NCBI GenBank assembly: GCA_028534125.1
Contig: CM052832.1
Span: 6,264,001 to 6,328,000 of the forward strand
Direction: 5' to 3'
From: Lama glama
Taxonomy: Eukaryota
Length of the DNA stretch: 64,000 nt
In this document: piece after piece, positions 24,451-37,500 of the stretch
Layout of the letters: each line of letters opens with the position of its first letter
Numbering within the stretch: position 1 is the first letter of the stretch
Translations under genes and position numbers: made by a program
Notes under the pieces: model-generated
What the model saw: the letters and a program-made list of their open reading frames with translations, nothing else
Told to the model about the DNA's origin: nothing
Database searches by the model: none

Positions 24451-25926
24451 TATTTGTTTATTAAACTTATTCTGAATTCCTATTATGTCTAAAATGATGT
24501 GGTGCTGTAGGGGATGGAAAGAAAGTTGAACATTCAATATATGCCCTTAAAGAGTTCACGCTTTCCTAAATGAGCCAAGACAGGCCAAGAAAAGACTCAA
24601 CAATTTTGAAGTTAAAAATAAACCCATGTTGTAATTCTTGGTTTCCTTTAGTGGATACTGTTTGTGTGTGTGGTTGTGAGTGTGCACGCATGAATGTGTG
24701 TGGTGTGTAATACATCTGGTTTATAAGAGGAAAGGTCAGTTCTGCCCTGTTTTAGAGAACTTTTTATATTACATGAAAATTTTCTACAGGAAAGCTAGGT
24801 GATTGGATAAAAGCTGAAAAAGATTTCATTGATCATCCAGATGTGGAGAATGGAAAGGAACCACCAGAAGATTGACTGATTGACTTGTATTTTCTCAACA
24901 CGATCCTAAATAATCAGTTATTTACAGATATTTCCCTCTTGCAATTTGAAAAATGGGCTTCACGCTGGTCAAGACAATTTTGCCTTCTGTATTATTCATT
25001 GGTCAGTCTGGAGTAAGAAGGAAGTAGCTTTGGACACAGCAGAGAAAATACGGTCGGAGGAGATGAGGAAAGAAAGGCTCACTCATTCCACATGACCGTG
25101 TCTCCACGTCAACACACCACAGTCCGGAGCCTCTTACATCTCCCCGTGTTTCTTTTAAACACACAAATGAGCACTTCAAGCCACTTTTTGCTATTTTCCC
25201 ATCTCAGTTCTCTCCATTGTTTGCCAAGCTCTTCTGGACAAGCAAAATGAAATGTATTTCCTTCTGGGTGACTGTTCGGTCTGCGGACCTGTGTGTGCGT
25301 GTGCTGGGGTGTGCACTGCCCGGCTCGTAGGTAGACAGATTTCCCTGATGCCCTTGGGCTTTGAATAGAGCAGAAAGGTGGAGATTATTTAACTCGGTAA
25401 TAACAATGCTGACTTACGAAAATACCTAAGGCTGCATCAGAAACAGTGGACTTCGATGTGCTGCATCATGCTGTGACTGTCATTAGAAATGGGCCAGTGA
25501 TGGTTTTTATGGGTCCTTGGACCAAATAATATGGGGGGGAGGGTCGAGGCAGATGCTGTGTGTGAGGAAGCGAGGAAGGGTATCTCATTTCCCTAAGTAG
25601 GATATGCCAGTGTTGTTTCTGTATTCCTACAGTCTTTTTTCTGATGTTAAGGTACTTTCCGTTTTGTATGTATATGTGTGCATCTGCGTATGTCAAGAAT
25701 ATTTATAACTTATTCTTTCATTCAATTAATCTTTTATTTTGATGGAAATAAACTCGTGTTTTCTATTTTATTTTGTCATTGTTTTGTTTTGTTGGTTTTG
25801 CTCTACAACAAAACCCAGAAGTGGTGCCGGGTAAATGACTGTGAAATCAGTGAAGGCTGAGTGTGGGACACTTCAAATCCCTGGAGGCGCTTTCTTGAGA
25901 TGTCTGTCCTTCTATCTTAATGTCTT

Positions 25927-25975
25927 TTTTTTTTTTTTAATAGGCTTTATTCTTTTAGAGCAGTTTCAGGTTCCC
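25927..25975 (-). mobile_element. Very short L1 3' tip with target-site duplication
   Basis: Poly-T then aataggctttattcttttagagcagtttcaggttc (L1MC-like 3' terminus), flanked by taatgtctt at 25918-25926 and 25976-25984. Confidence 0.75.
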
Positions 25976-26881
25976 TAATGTCTTGAAGAGCAATGTCATG
26001 TGCGTTTTGAGTATGAGGGTTGGGAGGGGAGCAAGTGGTCAAACTCCAAGGTAAATAGAAAAAAAGAAAGATAATTGGGGTCCAGACGCCTGAGTCGCCG
26101 CCCTAATACCACCTCAGGGGACCGGTCTGTGGCCCGGGAGGATAGTCTGTGGAGGAAGGAGATGTCTACTGTGGACACCCAGCTTCTACGGCTCCAGCTA
26201 GAGTAAACTCTCATTGGTTTTGTCAGTTTCTAGAATGGAACATGCTGGGGCACTTTAGGGTTTCATGGGGTGAGAAGTCACCTTCGTCATATACGGTAGC
26301 TTCTTCTGTCACCAGATTCCCAGCGCTTTGAGTGTGAGACCACGTGGATCACGCATCTGTATAGCCCTAGCCTTGTGCACATTCTATAAGGTTTGTTCGA
26401 TGAAAGAAGGAATGAAAAATTACGTTAACAGGCAGAGAAACAGAGAGAACACTTACTAGAAATTCTCTTCTCTCTCTAACTGACTTTCCAAAGTGAATTT
26501 CCATTATTTAAGTTAACCCATTGTCATCAGGCCTGGTTTGGGGCTAAAGGTGATAGAAAAGAAACACCAGCCTCTGTTATTCTGTAAGAAAATGCAGAAC
26601 TTGAATTGGGGAATGAAAAATACGTTTCATAGAAAGTGAATGTGGACAATTGAAAAAATCGTTAAAGCAGAAGAATGTAAATATATTGCTGGTTAGCCGA
26701 CAGACCACACACACACACACACACACACATACACATACAATTGAAAAGATACACAAAGACTATGCTCTACAAACTTCCTCAGGTCATAAGTAAGTTGCAA
26801 AACAGATTTTTTAGTGAGCTACATGCTTTCCATCACGTTGCTGTACTATCTTATTTTAACCGATCTCTCATCTGGGAGGCT

Positions 26882-27340
26882 CTGTAGTGAAGAATTAATC
26901 TTACCCAAAGAGAGGTCTGGCCTGTGTCTTGGGCTACTGGAGATATTCTCTTGGCCTTTGGAATGCCCTGCCTGATAAGAGAGTCTTTTTTACCTTGAGG
27001 TCTTGTGCCCAGCTGGACCGTCTAACGGTGTGATTTATAATGGGGCCTTTAGGTCACACAGCCTCTGCTCCACCTGCAGAGGGGCTGTGGACTAAGTAGT
27101 GACACAGTGACACAGGCAGTCACTCAGGTCTATGCGATGGAGCCCAGGAAACATTTTGGATGCCCAAGAATCAGGTGGCCCTCTCTGACTGGCAATGCTC
27201 TGGGCAGATTGTCACACACTGTTGCGAGGGGACTTCAGGCTTTCTGGGACTCTCCTGGGAGAGGCCAAAAGGAAGCTCCACCTTTGGAATTTTCTGGAAA
27301 TCTGCCCTGAGCACCTCTGCCCTTGGCTGATTTCTCTCTC
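26882..27340 (+). mobile_element. MER21-like LTR fragment
   Basis: tgtagtgaagaattaatcttacccaaagagaggtctggcc...ttggaatgccctgcctgataagagagtc...ccctgagcacctctgcccttggctgattt. Confidence 0.75.
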
Positions 27341-30129
27341 TTCTTCAGTTGATGGTGCATAGTTGAAATCAGTTTAACTTTAATCATTAAATGTGTTATG
27401 AATACCCATCTGGCTAGGCTCAGGGCACAAGAGGTGGTACAGGTGGATTCCCAGGAGTAGGAGACTTTCCACAGCCTGAGTGGGAGGGTTGAACTTGCTC
27501 CTTATTTACAGATTCTATGCTGATGTCTTCCGCCATCACATCCTATGGAGGGAGTCTTTGGTGGTGAGTGCAGGCGTCCATGATTCTTTCTGATCTCAAA
27601 CACCAAACTGGATCCTCCTCTTATATTCCCTGTGTCGGGAAATGTCCCCAGTATTGATCTTCTTGGTCCCTCTAGCCACCTTGGGCATCATCTTCCACTC
27701 ATTTCAAATTCTCCCCACTTTGTCTATCAACCACCTGATCAGCAAACCCTTTTTGTGCCTCCTAAATATTTCTCCTCTCTGCCCGCTCCTCTTTACCCCC
27801 ACTGCATCCACCAGTTCAGAGAAGGACCTTGGAGACGAATGAGCAAAGCCCGGCGTGGTTCAAGCCCCAGGCTCTCCAAGCCAGGCCCGGGGATTACCGG
27901 TAGTCCCCAAAGTGGTCAAGGACTGAAGAGCAGTTCAAGGTTATAATGTTCTCACTTTGTTCCACTGCCCTTTACAGGTGTGTTATACTGTTGTTTCTGC
28001 AAATATTTTGTATTATGTCAGAACTTGGTGTGATGAAGTCATGGGTAAATCCCGCAAGATAGTAATTGACTGTAGACATGTAAGATTTTTTCACTTTATA
28101 TTTAAAAGTATATACACCATGCTGTTTGAAAGCCCCATTCCCTCAAATTGAGTGTTTATGTAAGAAAAAAGAGCTTTCCTTTCCAAAATTTTACAAAGTC
28201 CTCAAATGGACCCCTGAATCTCTTCTTTTATAACTCATCTTTCTAAGATTGATATGTATGTGAAAAATCAATTTTGTGTTGGTCGCAGCCGTATTTCCTG
28301 ATGGCTTTTGTAAATATTTACGTTAATGTTTCAGAGGGATAAGAGCAAAGTGTTGAAGTAAAAGTATCCTTTGCCTTCAGCGTGAATTGCCCTAGTAAAT
28401 CTCCAAATGTTTGCTTTCTGGAGGGAGGGCTTTCTCAGTTTCGTCAGGTGACCCACATCTTATCAGGAATTGTCTGTACTTTTGGGTCAAATAAGAGCAC
28501 GGGAAAAAATAGCCACGTTGGTGAAATAAAAATGATATTGATGAGGAATGAATTAATTAGCCTCCATTAATAACGTGTCATATTTATGGCTTTGCAGAAA
28601 GATTAGCTTTAGGGAAAGAGATTACTTCTGCTTTTCCCAGGCTCAAATTTTGCTCTTTCCTTTCTCCTTCGAGAGGACAGAATGTCCCTCAGCATGGAAA
28701 CAAGCAGACCAGGTATAGCCAAAATGTCTCAGAATATTCTCATTTAAACAAACAGGAACAAACATGCTTGGAGAGAGAGTCTCTCTTGTTTGATGTTATG
28801 GTTCTGGTTGAGATTTTTCAAACAGAAGTTTTGAAAACAAATGTGTTCCACAGCCTCCCACCTCTGAAAAGCAGTGTTCATTCCTTTTTCTACAGGTGTT
28901 TTCAGTCCCATGAAAACACATCTTTTTCCACATCAGCAGTTTCATTGCTTTACCCTTGTGTGTGTTCTCAGGAGTCACTGTCTCCCCAGATTAGCTATAA
29001 AATCTAAGTTATTAGTGGCATCAGGCATAAACGTGCGTGTGAACATAGTTGTGAAACTGACAGAGACGTGGGGCTTCTCCATCAATCTGAAATTCTGAAT
29101 TCTAGTCCAGTTCCTGTCCTCAGGGACCAATGTGCCCTAAAGTCAGTCACTCTAACTTTCTGAGGTGCAGTTTCCCCCCCTATATAACCAGAGTTGAACT
29201 AGATTAGACTCATCAGACATACCGCAGGCACGCTGTCCTGTCTCGTCCTGTATCCTGGGCAGTTACTGCTAATCCAGCCCTGATCTCTTGCCATCTAGCT
29301 TTGACTTTGTATTACAATCCTTCTCCCTTAAATGCTCCAGGCAGCTTCTACCAATTGAGTAACTGAGTAGACTGTCTGCTTACGATATAACCCACTTATT
29401 AATGCAAGACTAGGTATTATCTAAGGGTCTTAGAAAGTCCAGGATCCCGTTTTGTGTGTGTGTGTGTGTGTTAGAATGAATCTTTGGAAAATTTTTAGTA
29501 TATTCTATGGAATTTTTAGCATATTCCTTAAATTGAAGGAAGAGTACACAGAGTGCAGGCAATCCAAAAATGTTAGCTCTGTGGATGGGTGGACAGGTGG
29601 AATTCTCACTTCCTAATCTATTTTGTCCTCTGAAAATTAGCTTAACAATGCCTGGCTTGATTAACTTGCAGATGCGCTGAGTGTCATACACATATGGAAA
29701 TACTCTGGGAGCTGTGAAATGAGATAGACTTCTAAGGTATTACTGTAATCTTGCCAGTGCCCTCAGGTTTGGAGGACTAAGGAACCTTATTAGGTTAAAT
29801 CAGTATTTTTTTTTCTTTTCGTTTTTTGTAATGCTGGCAGAAAGACAACTCCAGGTCATTTCTGCTTTCTGATTCTGCCCTACACTGATAACTACCCTTA
29901 TATATTAGGCTGAAAAGAGTTTGTCCACAGATCTGGAATTTGAATCATTGCTCATACAATGAGGACCTGTGAAGAGAAATTGCCCTCAATTCCTCAGAGA
30001 AAGTTCTATTAGAACCACACATGTCTAGATGTTCAAGACAAAGGAAAATATTTAATGGAAAATTCAACCCGAATAGGTATTCAAATTGGCTCATTTGGAA
30101 CAGAAGGCTTCCGTAAATCCCTGTTGAAC

Positions 30130-30720
30130 TTAATTCAGCAAATTTTTAGTGATACCGGCTGTGTCTGTGGGATTATGTTAGGGATACTGCGGATTTAAAG
30201 ACTAGACCAAGACTTTGACTATAAGAAGCTCACAGTTTATAAGCAGAATAAGAGAAGCAATCAGACGACACAAAGCAAGGATGTTCTTCCCAGAGGACAG
30301 TAGGAGATTCAAAGAGAGAGGTAGCGTCCAGGTGGGAGGATGAACTGAAGCTTCGTGAAAGATGAAGCAACTGAGATGGATTTTGAAGGATGTTAGGGTA
30401 TCCACAAACCAAAATCAGGCTGAGATTGTGGAGAATGAACGTGTACCGGGGGGTGGATTGACGTGAGCAGCGGAGAGCCTGGGAGAAGGCCATCTAGCGG
30501 AGAAACCTATTTAAAAGCCTAGACGTGAGTAGTGATGGCTCACACTAGGGTAGTGTTATTAGAGACGGTAAAGGGAGGCCACGTAGGAGAGATGGTGCTG
30601 GGGCAAGACTGTCAGGGCTGGGCAACTGGCAGTCATCATGGGGTGAAGGAGAGGGCTGAGTCCAGCCCAAGGGACTAAAGAAATGGCCACGCTGTTATCA
30701 GAAGGGCCAAACTCGGAGGA
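30130..30720 (-). mobile_element. L2 fragment
   Basis: taattcagcaaatttttagtgatacc...aagaagctcacagttta...ctgagatggattttgaaggatg...aaagcctagacgtgagtagtgatggc. Confidence 0.6.
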
Positions 30721-30899
30721 AGAGTCTTCATGAACAAATTTGAAATAGGCTGAAATTCCACTAGAGCAGGCAAAATCATTTTAAAGGAGAACATTTGGTT
30801 TTTGCAAATAAATCAAACTATCCCTGGAAAAGCTTATAACTTTTGCCTTGGTCCTTCTTGATCGTTTGAGTGGAATGATGAAATGGCCTTGTCTTCCAA

Positions 30900-32950
30900 A
30901 CGTATTTTTTCACAGATGTAAATATTAGACTGGATCCTAAAGCACCCAATTCTTTTTTACTTTTTAAGATTCACAGGCCCCTTTGTATGAAGGTTTTTAG
31001 GTATTTTAACAAAACAAATATGCCTTCTAACTACATAATCGGTTTTCATTCTCAGTTCAGATACAGAGTATTTTAATGCTGCTGGTGCAAGGTTTATAAT
31101 CCATATTCAAGATCAATTTTGGTCAATGAAGATATTTGTGACTAGAAATGCTTAGGCTCTCAATAAAAGGAACAAAAATGATACACACACACACACACAC
31201 ACACAAAATAGCAATTATTGGAACTGAAAAAAAAGGTTGAAAAGTGGAAAACTATTCACAGTATTTAATCACTGAAATAGACCATTGGAGATTGGGTGAT
31301 ATTATTAAAAGAATAATATTGTGTCCAATATTTATCCAAGCATAATGTTGTTTTTTGTGGCAATAACAGAACAATATTTACAGAAAATAATGGAAAGTTT
31401 CTAGGTTAAGCAGAAACGATTGCAAAATTTGATGCTAAAATGGTCAAATGCAGATGAAAAACACAGATAAAAAAATAATGAAACAAATGATCAGTATCTA
31501 GAATGGAAAATTTTAATAGGGGTTGTTAATCAACAGTAATAAAATAAGACTGATACATCAAATTTTTAACTACACGTATCTCAGGTCAACTGGATTATGT
31601 TAGTAATAAAAGTCGTCTTGTATGCCTACATTTATCAGACAAATTATTAAAAATTACTAAGTGAGGAAATAAAGATGCAAACATTTACAGATATTTCATT
31701 GGTTTGCTGAGAATTGTGCTCAGGTGAAGAAAAAACACATAAGCCAGAAGACTGAATATAGTTTGAATTTATTATCAAGAGACAAGAGGTCAGCTTGTGA
31801 ATAACAATGGTGTTCTGTGGAACAATTTAAAGATGATATATGTTATTGTTTGTTTCTGCCAAAAGGGGGGAAACAGAAGAAACCAATATCAGATTTAGCC
31901 ATGCAACCATCCTCAAATACATCACGGCAGTGCTGACTGACTGCTGCTAAAGCACTGTGATTTAATTTAGACAAGATGTCAGGTATATAAGAGAGTTAAA
32001 TCCAACAGCAAAAAAACTTCAAATAAACAGCCAGCTGTGATCTTCAGCAGAAAATTAAATTAATTTTGAACATGAGCTTCCCACGTTATTTCATTATTCG
32101 GAATGAACTTTATTTATTTGGTGTGTACATTTAAGGGAAATCCTATTTTTTTAAAAAAGATCAGAGTTTGGCCATTTCACTTTAAAAGGGTTACAATTTT
32201 TTTTAAAGAAAAAATGCTTTTATAAATCAAAAGAAACTGCATGTAACTTGATAGCAAAGTGACATTCCAATAAAATATAATTAGAACAAGGAAACAAAAA
32301 TATATACATGGATATAAAGAAAATTCATGTACAAATAACCCTGAAGCAAATTTCTAAGGATGATTTCCTCATCTTTACAGATCAAGGTATGCTCCCTATT
32401 AAAGAGAGATTTGGTCAAATGCAACAACATAGTACTATTTTCAGTTTTATTTATACAAATCCCAGCTTTGAAAAACTTGAAAGAAAAGGAAATTTTAGAA
32501 GTATCAGATGAGTCTAATTTTTGCTTTAAGAGATGGTTAAAATCACAATATATGACAGCGATTTATATGATAAAATGTCTGAGAGCATTTTCTATGATAA
32601 TGCTGTTTATCGTATGTGATTCTATTATAATATTAAACAAAATATACAAAATTCCTAATTATGTCTCAATCTAAATATTCCTTTAAGACCCTTATTGACA
32701 ATTCTAGTTGTCATTTCCCCTACAGAGCAAAATTTTCCTAATTTAAATCAATTTCTAAAACGACCTGGAAACTATTATTCAAGGAAGGTTGTCTAAGGCA
32801 ACATTACATCAATAGAACAAAATCTTGATTATCACAATGAAATCGGTGATTTTGTTGAAATTAAGGCAAGAAAAATAGATTTTATGAAATGAATATATAA
32901 TTTTCAAATTGCATGTGTCTTTATTTTGTTAATCACCCAAACTTCAGAGA
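30900..32950 (+). mobile_element. Decayed autonomous-type hAT (Tip100/Zaphod-like) DNA transposon with transposase pseudogene
   Basis: Manual translation gives CCWCKVYNPYSRSILVNEDICD*K (zinc-finger-like, ~31075-31150), VQYLSKHNVVFCGNNRTIFTENNGKFLG*AETIAKFDAKM (31323-31442, ZMYM1/DUF4371-like), and LNIPLRPLLTILVVISPTEQNFPNL...QGRLS...SIEQNLDYHNEIGDFVEIKARKIDFMK* (32659-32892, hAT dimerisation domain). Confidence 0.85.
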
Positions 32951-32974
32951 CTGAACAAGAGAACATCCAGAAAT

Positions 32975-33300
32975 GGGTTTACTCTCTTAACAACTTATAT
33001 ATATACCATACTATGCTATACCAATGTTAATTATATTCATCATGTTGTACATGACATCCCTCCTACTTATTTATCTTATAACTGGAAGTTTGTACCTTTG
33101 GCCACCTTCATCCAATTCCTCCTCTCCCCAGCCCAGCCCCTGACTCTGGTAACCACAAATCAAATCTCTTTTCCTAAGAGTCTGTTTGTTGTGAAGTATA
33201 TAGTTGACCTACAACCCTGGGCTAGTTCCTGTTACACAACATAGTGATTCGATATTTCCATACATTTCAAAATGATCACCATGGTAATTTTAGTTACTAC
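32975..33300 (-). mobile_element. L1 3' UTR fragment (L1MA9/L1_Art-like)
   Basis: acttatttatcttataactggaagtttgtacctttg...ctctggtaaccacaaatc...ttgacctacaac...catttcaaaatgatcaccat. Confidence 0.8.
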
Positions 33301-33621
33301 GGGACACGGGGTCCTTGCCAGACCTCTGAGCACTCCCCCAGCTCTGTGCTCTTCATCAGGTTTTGAACTTGATGGATTTGGGCTTGCCCTCCATATCTGC
33401 CCTCACAATTCCTGTTTATTATCAAGCCGTGCGTCTGTCCTTGGTCCCAACCAGCACTGTGCCTCCAGCTTCTGAGGCTAGATTGTTCTCGGTCTCCCTG
33501 AGAGCCTTGTGGTGAAGGGATTGCAAAAAGAGTCCAGGTCAGATAAGGGTATTCGGTAATGGAAATAAATTTGCATTTCCTCAGACTCCATGTGTACCTA
33601 AAGCATCATCAGTCCAACTTT

Positions 33622-33706
33622 TTTTTTAATTTTATTTTTTACTGAAGTGTAGTTGATTTACAATGTTAGTTTCAGGTGTACAGCAAAGTGATTCAGTTAT
33701 ACATAT

Positions 33707-33783
<77 letters not shown>

Positions 33784-34509
33784 TACATATATATATATTA
33801 TTTAGATTCTTTTCCATCATATGTTATTACAAAAAATTAAACATAGTTCCCTGTGCTATACAGTAGATCCTTGTTGGTTATTTTATATATGGTAGTGTGT
33901 ATCTGTTAATCCCAAACTCCTAATTTATCCCTCCCCTACCCTTTCCCCTTTGGTGACCATAGTTTGTTTTCTATGTCTGTGAGTCTATTTTTGGTTTGGA
34001 AATAAAATGTGTATCTTTTTTTTAGATTCCACATGTAAGTGATATCATATGATATTTGTCTTTCTCTGTCCGACTTCACTTAATATGGGACTCTCTAGAT
34101 CTATCTATGTTGCTGCAAATGGTGTTATTTCATTCTTTTTTATGGCTGAATAATATTCCATTCCGTATATATGTATATATGTATACCACATCTTCTTTAT
34201 CCAGTCATCTATCAATGGACATTTAGGTTGCTTCCATGTCTTGGCTATTGTAAATAGTGCTGCTGTGAACATTGAGATGCGTGTATCTTTTTGAATTATA
34301 GTTTTCTCCAGGCATATGCCCAGGAGTGGGATTGCTGGATCATATGGTAAGTCTATCTTCAGTTTTTAAGGAACTTCCATACTGTTTTCCATAGCGGCTG
34401 CACCAAATTACATTCCCACCAGCAGTGGGGGGATTCCCTTTTCTCCATACCCTCTCCAGTATTTATTATTCATAGACTTCTTAATGATGGCCATTCTGAT
34501 TGGTGTGAG
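33622..34509 (-). mobile_element. 5'-truncated LINE-1 with perfect 17-bp target-site duplication
   Basis: Same family as 1960-2856. Flanked by atcatcagtccaacttt at 33605-33621 and 34510-34526. Internal (TA)n/(CA)n expansion at ~33700-33800. Confidence 0.95.
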
Positions 34510-37500
34510 ATCATCAGTCCAACTTTCAATCAAAAAAATTTTTATTTCAACAATGAATGAGTTTATTTTTCTAAGCTTACTATATTTTGAGCCATAGCAA
34601 TAATGTTCACCAACTATAACATTATTGAAATTTGTATATCCTTAAAATGAAAGATCAATAAAGATCAGTATCTACGAACATTTCAGTGTCCTTAGTGGAT
34701 GTAGAGCCTTGAGGGGAGGGAGACGCCTGGGATTTTTGTTCCTGTCAGGATTTGATCCTGAGCCTCTAACAATAATGACAAAGGCTCATAAGATACAAAA
34801 TATGGAAGAGTCCCTGCTCTTGGATTTCTGCCACCTGTAATGAGGGACGTTTCACTTTGTTCCATGCCACAGCTAAAAGGAAGTCTGTCATGATGATAAA
34901 AAATTAAAGTAGTGAAGAGAAATACTAATCTCAAAGAAAAGTGGGGCCAAAAGTTTTCAAGTATAATTCAGTGACTAGAATTGCCTCCCGACAGTGTTCA
35001 CCACCCCCGTCTATTTAGACCCATTTCTCTCAAACATCAGCCTTTAATGTTACAATTTTTAATCCAACATGATTAATTTTCTGCATAGTCTTATTACTAA
35101 GATGGTAGGGTTTTTTTGTGTGCTGCTTTTTCTCTGCATGTGGACAATTATATAGGCAGTGCGGATTGTTTCAGGAAGCCACTGGTTCCTTTCTTTCTTT
35201 CTTTCTTTTTTTTAATTCAGTATTTACTATGGGAGCCAAAACATAACTCTATATTGAAAGCAAAGCTGAGTGACCATGAAGAGATTACACAACCTCTCTG
35301 AGCTCTGGTTGCCTAGCAAAGATGGAAGGCCTCATACCCACCTTTCAGAGGGGTTATCAGACTTGAATGAAATATGCTTCAACCTAGTAGAGTATCTGGT
35401 ACATGATAAGTACTCAGTAAATGCTAGCAATTGCTGTTGTTCTTATTTTAGAAATTTTGTCTTTGTTAAAAATACACCCTGCATCCCCAGATTCATCACT
35501 ATGTTTGAAACAGAAAATTTTTTTTGACTTCTTAACTGTCTTATCCTCACTTTAATCCTATTTCCATTCCCAGATATGGGAATATGGGGGGGGGGGGAAA
35601 CCAGTTGAATTACTAGTAGATGGTAATTTTTCCCAAATTATACCTAAGTTGTACTCAAATTCTCAATGAGGTTAACTTTCTGAGGTTGAAGTGTTTTAAG
35701 CTTAAACAGTTAAGAGATTACTTAATTGCTTGGATGGTGAGCTCCTTGGGTCTCTAGTGTTGGAGACACCACCTGGCCAGGAGGCTGGAATGGGACATCT
35801 TTGGTGGTGTGGGCAGGGTTTCTCCCTAAGGGAGCTGGGGATGATTAGGGACAAAGCATGTTAAATGAAGAAGATTCCTTGTGACTCTCAGAGGGGAATT
35901 CTGCAAATTCCATGATTTTATAAATTCCAGTTGATTTGAAGAATTAAGAGCTGGGAACACTGCCGTTTCTGTGAGGAGAAATGACAGCTTATTGAAGTGA
36001 AGAGAATGGAAGTCTTCCCCTGGGGACAAACTGAAACATTAGCTTTGGGGCCTTTTCAACAATGATAAACCAGAGGAAGTGGTTTCAACCCGGGGCTGCC
36101 CACGCCCTGGAGGGAGGGTTCAGTCCAGGGAGACCTTGGCGGCAACTTAGTTTTCCTACATTTTTCATTCCAGGAAAAAAAAAAAAAGGCGAGGGTTGGG
36201 GGAGGCTTGAGGGAGAATGCCTCATGCCATTTCCTGAGATGTTCAGTATTTACAGAATATATTTTGTAACCTTGGCTCCAGGAAGAAGCAATGCATTCTG
36301 GAAATGTACAGAACTTTCAAGATCTTACTGATTTCCAATTCTGTGTACTTTTCTGTTTCCCAGCTTTGGGTCATCTGCATCTTCTAAGTTTTCCAGTATC
36401 TGAAATATGTGCCCTTTGCTGCTTATCAAGGTCTCCTTGCCTCGAGGCTACTAGTTTCAACGAGTCCAGGCATCTGCACTCTTTTCCTTTCCTGGTAAAC
36501 TCACGTTGGGTTATGGTTCATAATGTCCCACTTTGGGCTTTGCTGATGCTTCTGCCCTTCCCGAAACTCTGCAACCTCCAAATTGTTCATCTGAGGCAGT
36601 TTCATCACTCATTTTGATAATCAACATCCTTCATTCATTCTCTATTTTTAAGTTACATACTCAGGGCGCACACAAAATTAAGCAAAATATTGAAGAAAAC
36701 ACAGTTGTGCCACTGCCTATTCCTACCATGACTTACTGTATTCGCTGATCCTTACTAGACTTCTGTTAAACGATCATTTTCCAAAAGGTGAAATCATTAC
36801 CCTCAGACACATATGAAATGAACATACGGTAAAGATTTTATTTAACTCACTTGTCAATGAAGCGATGGTAAGATGCTAAAATTGGTTCTGAGACCAATCT
36901 TAAGAGTAGATGTATTTGTGTAGGCAGTCAGGAATGCTGAACTGAATTGTCTCACAGATACAAAACCAATATCCTACAGAGCATTAAAATGTGTTTGGGA
37001 TAACCATTTCTACAGGGTGAAAATCGATGGTATCTCTACTGGAGAAAATCAATTTGTATTTCTACAGGCAGGAATCATCGGCATTACTACCAGTTTCGAC
37101 ATCTTTCAGAATTATAAGGCAGCCAATCAAAGATAATCGAAGGTGTCGATTCAGCTCCTCACCAAGACAACACTCAACCTTGTGTCATCTTTTTCCACTT
37201 TAAAGTCTTTTGTTATGTATCTTGACTATTTCATTTTCCAGGGAAGTAATATCCACTAATTAGGAACAAAACTGAGACTCCATGAAAAAAATTCAAGCTA
37301 CTGATTTGACGAATGTCTTTGTTTTCTTGCAGATCTTTGCATACACTAAATTACAATTAGTTGAACAAAACTAGATATTCAGAATAACGCATCTTTACAT
37401 CATCTTCGGAGATGTCAGGTTATACATCTCTGCTGCTAGAGCTCGTGCTCCAATCTGACAGCCTCAGCTGAGGCTTCTCAGCGAAAGACAGCTTATACAT

